DNA of 64,000 nt from NCBI GenBank assembly GCA_041660945.1, contig JBAZVK010000002.1, positions 284,882 to 348,881 on the forward strand. The letters run 5' to 3'. Both the position numbers and the translations under genes were made by a program. The notes under the pieces are model-generated. The model saw only the letters and a program-made list of their open reading frames with translations. It was not told the DNA's origin and ran no database searches. Below are positions 8,965-22,331 of this stretch, one piece after another. The stretch's first letter is position 1, and every line of letters starts with the position of its first letter. This stretch comes from Patescibacteria group bacterium (lineage in GTDB: Bacteria > Patescibacteriota > Microgenomatia > UBA1406 > GWC2-37-13).

Positions 8965-9809
8965 CTTGAAATTTGAATATCTTTCCATTCAATATTTTTA
9001 TCCTTCTTCATAAACGTTAACTGTCGTTTAGCGTATTGTACTTCTTTGTTGACCCAATCTTCAATAGCTTTTTCTTTTGTTAAATAATTATTTAGATATT
9101 TAATTATTTGTTGATAACCGATTGTTTTCATTCCCGGATCACTTGATTTATATCCCATTTTTAAGAGTTTTTTGACTTCCTCGACAGCGCCATTTTTAAG
9201 CCTCTCCTCTACCCTTTTTCCAATCACCTGACGAAGCTTAGATTTATCTTTGTATCTAAGACCGATGAAGATTTTAGGGACACTCTTTATACAGTCAGTC
9301 TTATTTAAGACTGTCTTTATCGAAGATTTTGCAATTTCGATCTTCCTTATTAATCTTCGCGGGTTTAACTGATCACTATGATTTAGATTCTCAAAAACAG
9401 TTTTATTTAGTTTAATAAGCATTTTTTGTAAGTAATCAACTGACTTATTATTAAGTTTCTCTCGAAGTTTAAAATTTGGTGGACTTTGATTATCATCAAA
9501 TCCATAAAGAAAATGTTTTAAGTATAGGTAGGTTCCGCCGACCAAGATTGGAGTTTTTCCGCGTTTTTTGATATGAGTAATTATTGGTGTTATTTGTTTT
9601 ACAAAATCAAACGAAGAAAAATATTGATCTGGGGTCACAATATCATATAACCAAATTTTTTCTTTAGGTATGTCTTTTCCAGTAATTATATCTAGATGTT
9701 TGTAAATCTGTCTAGAGTCAAAATTGATAAGTTCTCCGTTGTATTTTTCTGCAAGTTCTAAAGCAAGTTTTGTTTTTCCGGTCGCTGTTTGACCAGTGAT
9801 TATGATCAT
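8961..9809 (-). CDS. miaA: tRNA dimethylallyltransferase
   Basis: IIITGQTATGKTKLALELA…INFDSRQIYKHLDIITGK; length and layout are typical. Confidence 0.9.
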   Translation of the reverse strand: MIIITGQTATGKTKLALELAEKYNGELINFDSRQIYKHLDIITGKDIPKEKIWLYDIVTPDQYFSSFDFVKQITPIITHIKKRGKTPILVGGTYLYLKHFLYGFDDNQSPPNFKLREKLNNKSVDYLQKMLIKLNKTVFENLNHSDQLNPRRLIRKIEIAKSSIKTVLNKTDCIKSVPKIFIGLRYKDKSKLRQVIGKRVEERLKNGAVEEVKKLLKMGYKSSDPGMKTIGYQQIIKYLNNYLTKEKAIEDWVNKEVQYAKRQLTFMKKDKNIEWKDIQISS

Positions 9810-10666
9810 TTCTGCATTTTGGCGGCATCTATTAAGTTTTTGTATAAATAGACCACGTCAATTGGTCCGCTTCCTCCAGGGGTTGGAGTATAAAAAGAAG
9901 CAATGTTTTTTATTTCACTTTCATCGTAGTCGCCTTTCAATCTGCCATTTTCTTTTCGGACTCCGGTATTTATCAAAATAACTCCTGGCTTAAGCATTTC
10001 AGGAGAAATAACCTTCTTTCCCGTAGCAGTAATGATTATATCTGCAGTTTTAAAATAAGATTCGGGATCAACCGTAGTAGAATTAATACTAATATAGTTG
10101 ATATTGAGATTTCCAAGAGTATTTCCAATCGGTTTTCCACCGGTAATTCCCCGGCCTACGACAACGACCTTTTTGCTTTTAAGAACATTTTTAAATAATA
10201 GTCGGTCCCGTTTTAAGTCTACAAAAATCACATCCTGTTTTCTTTTACCGTCATAAATATATTTAATTATTGTCATAACTGCCAAACCGAGGGGAAAAAT
10301 AAATTCTGTTTTTTTCTTATGGCCCTCAATCTCTTTTAATAAAGGAATATAATCATAAATACTATCCGTTGATAGCTGTGCAGGAAGAGGCTGTTGGATT
10401 ATAATACCGGTTATGTCGGGATTCATTACCTCTTTTTTTAATAAGTTGGCAAAGTCAATAAAATTTGGGGTTTTTACTAAATGAACTAGTTTAAAATTGA
10501 TCTTTAAAGCTTTGGCCATTTCTGATTTAATTTTTACAAAGGAAAGTTGTTCAGGCGCGTTACCGACCAAAAATACTGTTAATCCAACAGGTTTTTTTAT
10601 TGTTTTACGGTCCTTTTTAAGTATTGCAAGAAGATTATTTGCGATTTTCTTACCATCAATAAACAT
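9806..10666 (-). CDS. folD: Bifunctional methylenetetrahydrofolate dehydrogenase/cyclohydrolase
   Basis: VVVVGRGITGGKP… and the C-terminal TPTPGGSGPIDV motif. Confidence 0.9.
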   Translation of the reverse strand: MFIDGKKIANNLLAILKKDRKTIKKPVGLTVFLVGNAPEQLSFVKIKSEMAKALKINFKLVHLVKTPNFIDFANLLKKEVMNPDITGIIIQQPLPAQLSTDSIYDYIPLLKEIEGHKKKTEFIFPLGLAVMTIIKYIYDGKRKQDVIFVDLKRDRLLFKNVLKSKKVVVVGRGITGGKPIGNTLGNLNINYISINSTTVDPESYFKTADIIITATGKKVISPEMLKPGVILINTGVRKENGRLKGDYDESEIKNIASFYTPTPGGSGPIDVVYLYKNLIDAAKMQK

Positions 10667-10687
10667 GGTGGTAATTATATCATATTT

Positions 10688-13192
10688 TTACACGCTGGTG
10701 GCGCTGACAATTCGATCTGTTTTTTCTGAAAATCTCATCAGAATAACTCCTTTTGCCGTTCTTGACCGTGAAGGAATATTATTAAGCTCCATCTTTACAA
10801 TTTGTCCCAACGCACTGGTGATAATTAATGTTGTGTCGCCTGGTTCGATTATCGCAGAATAAGCGACTGAACCGATTTTTTGATCGACAGAGGTAATCTT
10901 GACTCCCTTTCCGCCCCGGTGTTGTCCTTTAAAGTTAGATAGCTTTGTTTTTTTACCTATTCCCCTTTCAGTTAACACAAGAATGTCTTTTTTAAATTCT
11001 TCATCTGAAAAAACATCGGCCGCAATTATTTGTTGATCTACTTTTGCGTCCAGATCCATGCCTTTGACTCCGATTGAAGCTCTGCCTGTCGGTCTAATTT
11101 CTTTTTCCTTAAAAACGATAGCTTTACCATTTTTTGAAGCCAAAATTACGTTTTTCTTGCCGTCGGTCAGCTTTACCCAAAGAAGTTCGTCATCTTTTTC
11201 TAATCTGATCGCGATAATGCCGTTGGTTCGAATATTAATATAATCTTCAAATGAAGATTTTTTTACAGTACCGTACTTTGTTGACATGACCACAAACATA
11301 TTTTTAGCTTTCTCCATCGTTTCCGCACTATAGCTAAGTATCGATGTTATTTTTTCTTCTGGTTTAAGGGCAACAAGGTTAATGATCGCTTTCCCTTTGG
11401 AAATACGAGACCCGACTGGAACATCCCAAACCCGTGTTTGAAATACCCGACCCTGATTACTAAAAAAGAGCATATAATCATGAGTCATTGCAGTGGTAAT
11501 ATAATACACATTATCAGTATCCTTCGTTTCCATACCGGAGACTCCTTTGCCGCCACGATGTTGAATACGGAATGTTTCACGAGGAACCTGTTTTATATAT
11601 CCTTCTTTTGTCAAAACTACAATTACTTCCTTGTTTTCAATTAACTGTTCATCGGTAATTTCACCCGGTTTAAATTTCATTACCTGGGTTCTTCGTTCAT
11701 CTCCGTATTTTGTTTTTAAGTATATTATTTCTTCTCTGATAACTTTAAGAATTTTGAATATATCTTTAAGTAAATTTTCCAGATATGAAATAGTTTCTTT
11801 TAAAAGGGCCAACTCATCTTCTATTTTGTTTCTTTCCAAGCCGGTTAAACGTCTTAACTGCATTTCCATAATCGCCTGAGCTTGAAGCAAAGACAATCCG
11901 AATTTTTTCATTAACTTTTCTTTGGCTTCCGGTTCATCCTTAGATTTTTTGATAACGGCAATCACTTCGTCAATATGATCAAGAGCGATCAGATAGCCTT
12001 CTAGAATATGGGCTCTTGCCTTAGCCTCCGCCAGTTCGTACTCTGATCGTTTAACAATAACCTCGACTCGATTTTTAATATATATTTCCAAAATAGTTTT
12101 TAAAGATAATGTTTGCGGAACACCATCAACGAGGGCAACAATATTAACAGGAAACGATGTCTGAAGATTAGTAAACTTAAAAAGATTGTTTAATACCTTT
12201 TTATAAGATGCATCTTTTTTTAATTCAATAACCACTCTTATCCCGTCCCGATCTGATTCATCTCTAAGATCAGAAATTCCAACTATTTTTTTTTCGTTAA
12301 CTAAGTTGGCGATCTTTTCAACCAATAAAGATTTATTAACTTGATAAGGTAGTTCATTAACAATGATTGCCATTTTTCCCTTACCCATATCCTCGTCAGT
12401 CACGCGGGCCCGCATCATTATCGACTTCCGACCCGTTGCATACATTTCTTTAATATCGGCGGCTCCATAGATAAGACCGGCGGTTGGAAAATCCGGACCC
12501 TTTATAAAAGTAAGCAAGTCTTCCAAAGTTGTATTGAACATTAATTCCCTTACGTCTTCCATCGGCGACTTTTTAGCGCTTTTTTTATCATTCAGTTTGG
12601 CTTTATCAATCATAAAAACTAATGCGTCTACGAGCTCCGAAAGATTATGGGGGGGTATTTTTGTCGCCATTCCAACCGCAATTCCTTCAGCCCCCATCAG
12701 TAAAAGGTTGGGGAGTTTAGCCGGCAGATAGATTGGTTCCTTTAAAGATCCGTCAAAATTATCAATGAACGGAGTAGTTTCTTTTTCGATATCGGCTACC
12801 ATTTCGTCAGAAATCTTAGCAAGCTTAACTTCGGTGTAACGCATGGCCGCTGGTGGATCACCATCAATTGATCCGAAGTTGCCTTGTCCTTTAATTAACG
12901 GGTAGCGCATAGAAAAAGTCTGAGCTAGTCGAGCCAAAGCTTCGTAAACTGAAGAGTCGCCATGCGGATGATACTTTCCGAGCACCTCTCCAACAACTTT
13001 TGCCGACTTGGAAAACCTAGCACTTGAAGTCAGTCCCAACTTGTACATTGCATAGAGAATTCGGCGATGAACGGGTTTTAAACCGTCACGAACGTCCGGA
13101 AGAGCACGAGAAACAATAACAGACATTGCATAATCCAAATATGCCCGTTTCATTTCGGTGTTTATTTCAGTGACTTGGACATTGTTTGACAT
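10688..13192 (-). CDS. gyrA: DNA gyrase subunit A
   Basis: [41 protein letters not shown], and C-terminal beta-pinwheel repeats. Confidence 0.97.
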   Translation of the reverse strand: MSNNVQVTEINTEMKRAYLDYAMSVIVSRALPDVRDGLKPVHRRILYAMYKLGLTSSARFSKSAKVVGEVLGKYHPHGDSSVYEALARLAQTFSMRYPLIKGQGNFGSIDGDPPAAMRYTEVKLAKISDEMVADIEKETTPFIDNFDGSLKEPIYLPAKLPNLLLMGAEGIAVGMATKIPPHNLSELVDALVFMIDKAKLNDKKSAKKSPMEDVRELMFNTTLEDLLTFIKGPDFPTAGLIYGAADIKEMYATGRKSIMMRARVTDEDMGKGKMAIIVNELPYQVNKSLLVEKIANLVNEKKIVGISDLRDESDRDGIRVVIELKKDASYKKVLNNLFKFTNLQTSFPVNIVALVDGVPQTLSLKTILEIYIKNRVEVIVKRSEYELAEAKARAHILEGYLIALDHIDEVIAVIKKSKDEPEAKEKLMKKFGLSLLQAQAIMEMQLRRLTGLERNKIEDELALLKETISYLENLLKDIFKILKVIREEIIYLKTKYGDERRTQVMKFKPGEITDEQLIENKEVIVVLTKEGYIKQVPRETFRIQHRGGKGVSGMETKDTDNVYYITTAMTHDYMLFFSNQGRVFQTRVWDVPVGSRISKGKAIINLVALKPEEKITSILSYSAETMEKAKNMFVVMSTKYGTVKKSSFEDYINIRTNGIIAIRLEKDDELLWVKLTDGKKNVILASKNGKAIVFKEKEIRPTGRASIGVKGMDLDAKVDQQIIAADVFSDEEFKKDILVLTERGIGKKTKLSNFKGQHRGGKGVKITSVDQKIGSVAYSAIIEPGDTTLIITSALGQIVKMELNNIPSRSRTAKGVILMRFSEKTDRIVSATSV

Positions 13193-13210
13193 AGATTATT
13201 ATTCGATTAT

Positions 13211-15208
13211 TTAAATTAAAAATGGCGCTAACAATAAAGCAACTATATTTAACACTTTTATCATTGGGTTAATGGCCGGACCGGCAGTATCCTTATATGG
13301 ATCTCCGACCGTATCTCCGGTAACCGCTGATTGATGAGCAAAGCTTCCTTTGCCGCCAAAATGGCCTTCTTCGATATATTTTTTAGCATTGTCCCAAGCG
13401 GCACCACCTGTAGTCATAGAAATTGCCACAAAAAGTCCTGTAATAATACTACCAAGTAATAATCCCCCTAAGGCTTTTGAACCAAAAGCTAAGCCAATAA
13501 CAATAGGTGCTAACACCGGAATAAGAGCCGGGACAATCATTTGTTTTATAGCCGATTTAGCAACAATATCCACTGCTTTACCGTATTGAGGTTTGGCTTT
13601 TCCTTCCATCAAACCTTTGATTTCTTTAAACTGTCTTCGTACTTCATTGACAACAGCCACACTTGCCTTTCCCACAGCTTCCATTGCAAGAGCTGCAAAA
13701 ATATAAGGTAGTGCACCACCTATAAAAAGGCCGATAACTACGTAAGGATCTGATAAAGAAAAAACAATATGTCGACCAAGCTCTTGCGTGTAACTTGTAA
13801 AAAGAACCAAGGCCGCTAAAGCAGCAGACCCAATCGCATATGCTTTAGTAATGGCTTTAGTTGTATTTCCGACTGCATCAAGTGAATCAGTGACTTTTCT
13901 AATTTTTGAATCAAGTCCGCTCATTTCAGCTATTCCACCGGCATTATCGGTAATCGGACCAAAGGCGTCAATTGAAACAATGATTCCGGTCAATGACAAC
14001 ATGCTCATTGCAGCTACCGCAATGCCGTACAATCCGGCAAAATAATAGGCTAGAATCATTGAAAGAGAAATTATTGTAATAGGAGCGAGAGTTGATTTCA
14101 TAGATAAAGCCAGTCCGGCAATAACATTTGTACCATGTCCGGTTGTTGATGCTTGAGCAAGATTTTTTACGGGAGAAAATGTTTTTGAGGTGTAATATTC
14201 AGTAATGACCACCATCGCGACCGTCAATATTACTCCTATTAATGAAGTATAAAAAAAGCTAATTTTTCCTGGAAACATTGATACGGTAATAAAATAAAAT
14301 CCAATTAATGCGGTTATGGCGCTGACAGTTAAACCTTGATAAAGCGCCATCATAATTTTATTTCCGGATAATTTGACAAAAAAAGATCCGATTATACTGG
14401 CAAATATTGAAACTGCGCCAATCAATAAAGGATAATAAATAATTGTTTGATTACCGGGAAAAGTTAATTTGCCAAGAATCATGGCGGCAATTGCGGTTAC
14501 CAAATAAGTTTCAAAAAGATCGGCTGCCATACCGGCATCATCCCCAACATTGTCTCCGACCAAATCTGCAATCACTCCCGGATTACGGGGATCATCTTCA
14601 GGAATATTTTTCTCAATTTTACCAACCATATCTGTTCCGACATCAGCGGACTTGGTAAAGATTCCCCCACCAAGACGAGCAAAAACCGATATAAGAGAGC
14701 TTCCAAAAGCCAATCCGATTAAAGGTTGGAGGCTGGCACTTCCGCTGTAAGTAGTTAAAAGAAGATAAAATCCTGAAACTGCTAAAAGAGCCAGTCCGGC
14801 GACCATAAAACCAGTGACCGAACCGCCGGCAAAAGCCAAAGAGAATGCTTTCCCTAAACCGTCTTTTGCGGCTTGGGCTGTTCTAATATTACTTTTTACA
14901 GCGATAGACATTCCAACGATTCCCGCTATTGCAGAAAAAATAGCTCCGATGGCAAAACCAATAGCTGTAAACTTTCCAAAAATAAAATATAAAATTACAA
15001 AAAAAATTAAACCAATGATACTAACAACTGTATATTGACGTTTCATATAAGCGTTGGCTCCCTCGCTTATAGCGTCAGATATTTGGTTCATTTTATCATT
15101 ACCCCTTGGATGTTTAATAATTTTTGCGGTAAGCAAAACTCCGTAAAGAATAGAAAAAATACCGGCAATAATTGCAGGTTGGGTTGAGTTAAAAAAGTTT
15201 GTGAACAT
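13211..15208 (-). CDS. hppA: Membrane-bound ion-translocating pyrophosphatase, K+-independent type
   Basis: [45 protein letters not shown]. The GNTTKA motif carries Lys rather than Ala, which marks the K+-independent subfamily. Confidence 0.95.
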   Translation of the reverse strand: MFTNFFNSTQPAIIAGIFSILYGVLLTAKIIKHPRGNDKMNQISDAISEGANAYMKRQYTVVSIIGLIFFVILYFIFGKFTAIGFAIGAIFSAIAGIVGMSIAVKSNIRTAQAAKDGLGKAFSLAFAGGSVTGFMVAGLALLAVSGFYLLLTTYSGSASLQPLIGLAFGSSLISVFARLGGGIFTKSADVGTDMVGKIEKNIPEDDPRNPGVIADLVGDNVGDDAGMAADLFETYLVTAIAAMILGKLTFPGNQTIIYYPLLIGAVSIFASIIGSFFVKLSGNKIMMALYQGLTVSAITALIGFYFITVSMFPGKISFFYTSLIGVILTVAMVVITEYYTSKTFSPVKNLAQASTTGHGTNVIAGLALSMKSTLAPITIISLSMILAYYFAGLYGIAVAAMSMLSLTGIIVSIDAFGPITDNAGGIAEMSGLDSKIRKVTDSLDAVGNTTKAITKAYAIGSAALAALVLFTSYTQELGRHIVFSLSDPYVVIGLFIGGALPYIFAALAMEAVGKASVAVVNEVRRQFKEIKGLMEGKAKPQYGKAVDIVAKSAIKQMIVPALIPVLAPIVIGLAFGSKALGGLLLGSIITGLFVAISMTTGGAAWDNAKKYIEEGHFGGKGSFAHQSAVTGDTVGDPYKDTAGPAINPMIKVLNIVALLLAPFLI

Positions 15209-15227
15209 AATATTATAAAACTTTTAA

Positions 15228-17202
<1,975 letters not shown>

Positions 17203-17222
17203 AACATTTATCCAACTTCTAC

Positions 17223-17243
17223 GCCCCGACGTTACGTCGGGGC
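17223..17243 (-). terminator. GC-rich hairpin downstream of rplL (terminator-like, no U tract)
   Basis: GCCCCGACG-TTA-CGTCGGGGC forms a perfect 9-bp stem between the rplL stop and the gyrB promoter. Confidence 0.35.
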
Positions 17244-17259
17244 TAGATTAATAAAAAAC

Positions 17260-17649
17260 TTATTTTAACTCTACTTTTCCTCCAGCAGTCTCGATCTTTT
17301 TTTTAGCTTCTTCAGCAGCTGGTTTTTTAACATCTACTAACAGATCTTTTGGTGCGGACTCTACCAATTTTTTAGCGTCCATTAGCCCTAGATTAGGAAG
17401 AATTTCTCGAACGGCTTTGATTACTCCTAATTTATTGTCTCCGGCGGCGGTCAAAACAACGGTAAAGCTGGTTTTTTCTTCAGCAGCAGGGGCAGCGCCT
17501 CCAGCGACTGGAGCAGCGGCAACTGGCATAGCAGAAACACCAAATTTTTCTTCTAAATATTTGGCTAATTCAGCCATTTCAACTACTGTCAAAGTTTCGA
17601 TTTCAGTCGCGATTTTATTTAATTTTTCAGATAATTTTATTTCAGACAT
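17260..17649 (-). CDS. rplL: 50S ribosomal protein L7/L12
   Basis: It has an Ala/Pro hinge and the C-terminal domain [11 protein letters not shown]…[10 protein letters not shown]. Confidence 0.95.
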   Translation of the reverse strand: MSEIKLSEKLNKIATEIETLTVVEMAELAKYLEEKFGVSAMPVAAAPVAGGAAPAAEEKTSFTVVLTAAGDNKLGVIKAVREILPNLGLMDAKKLVESAPKDLLVDVKKPAAEEAKKKIETAGGKVELK

Positions 17650-18192
17650 TTATGATTTCACCTCCTTTGATTTAGCATTCAGAATATAGACAAATTTATT
17701 AGTGTTATATTTTAAAGCAAATACAAATTTACTCATTGGGCTTTTCATGCTTCCTATAATTTTACCTAACAATTCTTCTCTGCTTGGGAGTTGGGCGATT
17801 TGAACAACTTTTTCAGAGTTATATAAATTCTTATCGAGCATGGCTAATTTTAAACTCAAGGTTGTGTCTTTTTTTGAAAATAAGTAGAGAGCTTTTAGAC
17901 CCTCATACCAACTATCTCCCAGAGTTATTAAGGCAGTAGTTTCTTTTAAAGGAAAGAACTGTTTTTTAAAATCTACAAAAAGCTTATTCTTTAATGCAAT
18001 TTTATTGACGGCTTTTTCAAATAAAGTATTTTTAATTACTTTGACTTTTGAATCGCTTTTTCTTAATTCTTTACGAAGAGTCTCTAAGCTTTGATGAGTT
18101 GTATTACCAATCTTAGCTAGCAATATATTCGGATTTTTTTCAACGAACTTCAGAATAGAATCAACCTGATTTTTTTTGAGTGTGTTTACCAT
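17650..18192 (-). CDS. rplJ: 50S ribosomal protein L10
   Basis: It lies directly upstream of rplL and has an L10-like sequence. The ATG at 18192 is preceded by GGGAG; the ORF also opens at a GTG at 18210. Confidence 0.88.
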   Translation of the reverse strand: MVNTLKKNQVDSILKFVEKNPNILLAKIGNTTHQSLETLRKELRKSDSKVKVIKNTLFEKAVNKIALKNKLFVDFKKQFFPLKETTALITLGDSWYEGLKALYLFSKKDTTLSLKLAMLDKNLYNSEKVVQIAQLPSREELLGKIIGSMKSPMSKFVFALKYNTNKFVYILNAKSKEVKS

Positions 18193-18275
18193 ATTTTTAC
18201 CATCTCCCACTATAGCGGGAAGTTCGCCAGGAATTTATTTTTGTACCTGGTGTCTTAGGTTTCTTAATTATACCA

Positions 18276-18569
18276 TCATTCTCCTAAAAGTTCACGCAAA
18301 GATTTTACATTTTTTTCATCTTTGTGGTCCTTATGTTTTTTTCCTACGTTTGAAGCTTTATATTTTACCGCAAAAGCCTGTTTCTTCTGGAAAGAGTCTA
18401 CCCGGCCTTTTCTATCCAAAAATTTATGTTCTCCTGTATAAAAAGGATGACATTTATAACAGGCTTCGACTGTAATTGTTTTTTTAGTTGATCCTGTTGT
18501 AAAAGTGTTTCCGCAGGCGCAAATAGCCTGAGCATCGGAATAATATGTTGGGTGGATTTTTGCTTTCAT
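18276..18569 (-). CDS. rpmE: 50S ribosomal protein L31 (Zn-ribbon type, with a Lys-rich C-terminal extension)
   Basis: [10 protein letters not shown]…CACGNTF…[10 protein letters not shown]. The ATG at 18569 avoids overlap with the release factor gene. Confidence 0.9.
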   Translation of the reverse strand: MKAKIHPTYYSDAQAICACGNTFTTGSTKKTITVEACYKCHPFYTGEHKFLDRKGRVDSFQKKQAFAVKYKASNVGKKHKDHKDEKNVKSLRELLGE

Positions 18570-18594
18570 AAGACATTTATTATAACACAAAATT

Positions 18595-19284
18595 TTAAAA
18601 CGCAAAGACTTTGTCCCATTTACCTTCCTCAATTATATCTTCAAGGTTATGGAAGCTTTTTCCGATCCGGTGATCTGTAAGACGGTTTTGGGGAAAATTA
18701 TAAGTTCGAATTTTTTCTGCCCGGTCCCCTATTCCAACATTGACAACGTAAGAATTTCTCATTCCTTTTTTCTTTTCTTCCTCGAGTTGATACAGTTTGG
18801 CGTTTAGAAGATCGAGGGCAATCTTTCGGTTGGCTTCCTGAAATCGTTCCCTGCTGGCGGTCACGACGATTCCTGAGGGGCGGTGAGTCAAACGTACAGC
18901 CGTTGAAACCTTGTTAACATTTTGTCCGCCATGTCCACCGGATCTATAGAATTGCCAATCTAAATCATTAGGACTTGTTCTAGTATCAGACTGAATAATT
19001 TGCGGTAAAACAACCATGATACAAGTTGAGGTATGAATTCTCCCCTTCCTTTCAGTGTTGGGGATTCTTTGAACCCTGTGAACACCGGTTTCATTTTTAA
19101 ATAAATCAAATACTCCTGGACCGTTTATTTTAATGGTTTTTTCGTCTAGATTAGCATATTTGAAGCCTTTTTTTTGGGCAAAAAGCAGATAAGAAGATAA
19201 TAGCTCCTCCATCCAGAGTTTGGATTCATCTCCACCGACTCCGGGAAGTGCTTCAATAATGGCAACGTTTGGGTTTATAAGCAT
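18595..19284 (-). CDS. prfA: Peptide chain release factor 1-like, lacking N-terminal domain 1
   Basis: It has the GGQ motif ([12 protein letters not shown]) and a PxT-type anticodon motif ([15 protein letters not shown]). It is only 229 aa and begins at the point that aligns with about residue 105 of E. coli RF1. Confidence 0.8.
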   Translation of the reverse strand: MLINPNVAIIEALPGVGGDESKLWMEELLSSYLLFAQKKGFKYANLDEKTIKINGPGVFDLFKNETGVHRVQRIPNTERKGRIHTSTCIMVVLPQIIQSDTRTSPNDLDWQFYRSGGHGGQNVNKVSTAVRLTHRPSGIVVTASRERFQEANRKIALDLLNAKLYQLEEEKKKGMRNSYVVNVGIGDRAEKIRTYNFPQNRLTDHRIGKSFHNLEDIIEEGKWDKVFAF

Positions 19285-19286
19285 AT

Positions 19287-20543
19287 TTATTGATTAGTTA
19301 ATTGTTTTACAACCTCTTCAATTTTCAATTCTTTCTGTTCCCCCGTTTTCATATATTTTAGTTTTACAACATTTTTCTTTGCTTCTTCAGGTCCTAAAAT
19401 TATCACGTATGAAATATTTTTTTTGTTGGCGTATTTTAATTGTTTATCAATCTTTTCCTCAGCAGGATAAATTTCTGTTGGAATTTTGTTATTTCTCAAT
19501 TCGTTTGCAATATTCAAGGAATTATAAATTAAATCCTTATTAAAAATTGTTACTAATATTTGATTTATTTTTTTATTATTGGAAATAATTTTAAAATAAT
19601 CAGCCGCATCTACCATTCTGTCAAAACCAAGGCCGATGCCAACAGCGGGAATTTCGTTACCGCTTAGCTGTCCGATCAATTTGTCATAACGTCCACCTCC
19701 GCCACACGACCCAACATCATATCCCGGTAGCGTTACTTCAAGAATCATTCCCGTGTAATAATCAAGACCTCGGGCTAAAGCAGGTTTGAACAAAATATCT
19801 TTTACTGGAACTCCGAGTTTTTCTGAAAAATCAATAATTTGTTTAAGATTTGAAGAGACTTTTGCATTTACTAGGGAATTGACGGCCTTCTCCGCCTTTT
19901 CTTTTGACTCAATACCTTTGCCTACGAGTTCTTCAATAACTTTTTCCAATCCCCCCTTATCTAATTTATCAATGGATTGGATTATTGAGAATATATTTAT
20001 TTTGGAATTAACAAAAGGTTTTAATGTTTCAAAAAGTATTTGTCTATCATTAACTTGAATATTTACTTCAGGATAACCGACATTTTTAAAAGCAAAATAA
20101 GTAGCGGCAATTATTTCGGCATCGGCAATAGGCGAAGTTGAGCCGAAAATATCGATATCACATTGAGTAAATTCACGAAAGCGACCTTTTTGCGGTTTGT
20201 CAGCTCTAAAAACATTTTGGACCTGATATCTTCTGAAATATTTTGGAAGAATATTTTGGTATTGAGAAAGTACACGAGCCGAAGGGACGGTTTGGTCATA
20301 TCTTAAAGCAATTTCCCTATTCCCTCGATCTTTGAATGAATAGATTAACTTATCAGCCTCTTTTCCATATTTCCCCACAAGAAGAGAAGCATACTCCAAT
20401 GTTGGTGTTTCTAAAGGTTCAAAGCCGAATAGTTCGAATATTTCAGTGACTTTTTTCAAAACATAATCTCGTTTTCTTTTTTCTTCCGGTAAAAAATCCC
20501 TGAATCCTTTTAATATCTGCGGTGTAACTTTTTTGTCGTTCAT
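19287..20543 (-). CDS. hisS: Histidine--tRNA ligase
   Basis: Class II motifs are present: LRYDQTVP, RYQVQNVFRADKPQKGRFREF, GGGGRYD, GIGLGFDR. Confidence 0.95.
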   Translation of the reverse strand: MNDKKVTPQILKGFRDFLPEEKRKRDYVLKKVTEIFELFGFEPLETPTLEYASLLVGKYGKEADKLIYSFKDRGNREIALRYDQTVPSARVLSQYQNILPKYFRRYQVQNVFRADKPQKGRFREFTQCDIDIFGSTSPIADAEIIAATYFAFKNVGYPEVNIQVNDRQILFETLKPFVNSKINIFSIIQSIDKLDKGGLEKVIEELVGKGIESKEKAEKAVNSLVNAKVSSNLKQIIDFSEKLGVPVKDILFKPALARGLDYYTGMILEVTLPGYDVGSCGGGGRYDKLIGQLSGNEIPAVGIGLGFDRMVDAADYFKIISNNKKINQILVTIFNKDLIYNSLNIANELRNNKIPTEIYPAEEKIDKQLKYANKKNISYVIILGPEEAKKNVVKLKYMKTGEQKELKIEEVVKQLTNQ

Positions 20544-20567
20544 AGTTTAATTATACAAAATAATAAT

Positions 20568-20592
20568 AAAAAAAATCCCGCCGGTGGGCGGG
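20568..20592 (-). terminator. Rho-independent terminator
   Basis: On the minus strand: CCCGCC-CACC-GGCGGG followed by eight U. It lies between the PDZ gene and hisS. Confidence 0.6.
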
Positions 20593-20698
20593 TGTGTTGT
20601 TTTTAATTACAACTAAATCATCGCCCGCTGTTAAGCTGGATGATGTGAACTTGTTAGAACTTCTATTTCCATGGGCTTATTATATCACAAAGATCAAT

Positions 20699-21130
20699 TT
20701 ACTGATTAGAGTCAAGGGTAATGAAGACGTTAAAAATATTGTTATTTCTCCAGATTTTCAGATTTATTTTGGATCCGGGTTTCAAAGTTGAAATTAAATT
20801 ATAAATAGACTGTTCGTCAAGACCAGAGATACTTCTGCTGTCAATCTCAGTAATAATATCTTCTTCTTGAAGTTTAGCTTTTTCCGCCGGAGAACCTTCT
20901 ATAACTTGTGTAACATATGCGCCTTCGGCAAGTTTATTCGCAAGAGCTGTTTGGTTATCAACTATTCGATAATGAATTCCTAAGATAGGTCGATTAACAG
21001 TTTGAGAAATATTGACCGGAGGCGTTTCAATCGGTTGTTTGTTCGCTTGAGTTTTAGGTTTATTGGAAAAATAAATAACCAGTAATAAAATAACAGCTAA
21101 TCCAAATAGAACCAACAAAAATTTTTTCAT
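20699..21130 (-). CDS. Membrane-anchored PDZ-domain protein
   Basis: It has an N-terminal TM segment and a PDZ-like block GAYVTQVIEGSPAEKAKLQEEDIITEID. Confidence 0.6.
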   Translation of the reverse strand: MKKFLLVLFGLAVILLLVIYFSNKPKTQANKQPIETPPVNISQTVNRPILGIHYRIVDNQTALANKLAEGAYVTQVIEGSPAEKAKLQEEDIITEIDSRSISGLDEQSIYNLISTLKPGSKINLKIWRNNNIFNVFITLDSNQ

Positions 21131-21131
21131 T

Positions 21132-22331
21132 TTATTTTAATAACTCAATTGCTTTTTCAAGCTGTTTGTCAACTTCCTTAGTGAGAGTATTCCCCTCTTT
21201 AATTTCGTTAATAACTTTGATTTTTGGCTCAATTCCTTTGCTGTTGATCCAATCACCGTTAGGTAATACCCATTTAGCAACAGTAACATGTAATCCGGCG
21301 CCTTCGCTTAAATCAAGCGCTTCTTGAACTGAACCTTTTCCGAAACTTTTTTCTCCAACCAACTGGGCTCTATTATGATCTCTAAGGGCTCCCGCTAATA
21401 TTTCTGAAGCTGAAGCAGAGCCTTTATTAATTAACACTACTAAAGGAATTTTTTGTAATAGTCCAATTCTTGAAACATTATATTCTTTATCACCGTACAA
21501 AGTTGCTTCTTGTTTGACAACGAGTTTTCCCAATGGCAAAAATTCAGAGGCGAGATATACGGAACTTTCTAAGTAGCCACCCGGGTTATCGCGAAGGTCT
21601 AAAACCATACCGTTAACTTGTTTGCTCAACCACTTATTGCTAATTTCTTCAACAGCTTTATCCCACTCGTCATTTGTATTGTCTCCAAATTGGTTAACCT
21701 TTAGGATAGCAATATTTTTGTCAAAGCTAAGTTCAACTGAAGAAACGATAATTTGCTGACGGACGATTATCACTTCAATCTCTTTACCGTTTCTTTCGAG
21801 TGTTAATTTAACTTTGGTATTTTTTGGACCTCGAATTTTTGAGACAGCTTGAGACAGGGACCAGCTATTAGTTGCAACGTTGTCAACTTTATTAATAAAG
21901 TCCCCGGGCCTTACCCCCGCCGTTTCAGCCGGGGATTTTTTTAGTGGAGCAATAATGATTATTCTATTATCTTTTAATCCAAGTTGGGCGCCGATACCTT
22001 CAAACTTACCACCCAAATCATCCTTAGTTTGTTTATTTTCTTCGGGAGTAAGAAAAAAAGTATAAGGATCTTCAACAGATGAGACCATGCCTTTTATGGC
22101 TCCTAAATACATTTTTTTCGGATCAATTTTTTTCTGGTCGACATATCTTTCCTGTAATTTGTTCCACGTTTCCCAAAAAAGATCAAAATTCATCTTAGAG
22201 CTTTGAGAACTGTTTACCAGGTTTAAAGAAGTAAAACGACTTTTATATTCTCCCAGCTTATAACCGCTGCCGAATATAAGAACGATAAAAGATAAAACAA
22301 GAAGTATATTGGTCAGTTTATTATTTTTCAT
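21132..22331 (-). CDS. S41 family C-terminal processing peptidase
   Basis: It has a PDZ block (SPAETAGVRPGDFI), the catalytic block GSASASEILAGAL, and FGKGSVQ. Confidence 0.85.
   Translation of the reverse strand: MKNNKLTNILLVLSFIVLIFGSGYKLGEYKSRFTSLNLVNSSQSSKMNFDLFWETWNKLQERYVDQKKIDPKKMYLGAIKGMVSSVEDPYTFFLTPEENKQTKDDLGGKFEGIGAQLGLKDNRIIIIAPLKKSPAETAGVRPGDFINKVDNVATNSWSLSQAVSKIRGPKNTKVKLTLERNGKEIEVIIVRQQIIVSSVELSFDKNIAILKVNQFGDNTNDEWDKAVEEISNKWLSKQVNGMVLDLRDNPGGYLESSVYLASEFLPLGKLVVKQEATLYGDKEYNVSRIGLLQKIPLVVLINKGSASASEILAGALRDHNRAQLVGEKSFGKGSVQEALDLSEGAGLHVTVAKWVLPNGDWINSKGIEPKIKVINEIKEGNTLTKEVDKQLEKAIELLK

Noticed and set aside
10497-10862. ORF spanning the folD/gyrA junction on the plus strand
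   Set aside because: It is antisense to two well-supported genes, so it is a shadow ORF.
13350-15038. Several plus-strand ORFs (13350.., 13851.., 14443.., 14550.., 14814..) inside hppA
   Set aside because: They are antisense to a strongly supported pyrophosphatase CDS, have no recognisable motifs, and show the composition expected of shadow ORFs.
17417-17689. Ala/Pro-rich plus-strand ORF
   Set aside because: It is the mirror image of the rplL hinge region, so it is a shadow ORF.
18211-18275. L10 (rplJ) autoregulatory leader
   Set aside because: It has only a short hairpin (CCAGG…CCTGG) and an SD. I cannot match it to the L10 leader consensus by eye.
18595-19284. UGA recoding (code 25/4) as an explanation for the odd release factor
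   Set aside because: TGA terminates several well-supported genes in the window (436-438, 5666-5668, 31111-31113). No conserved protein needs read-through of an in-frame TGA.
20544-20698. T-box or other leader upstream of hisS; small ORF 20594..20791
   Set aside because: The region contains a terminator for the upstream operon but no specifier or T-box motif (AGGGUGGNACCGCG). The ORF overlaps the PDZ gene 3' end and lacks signals.
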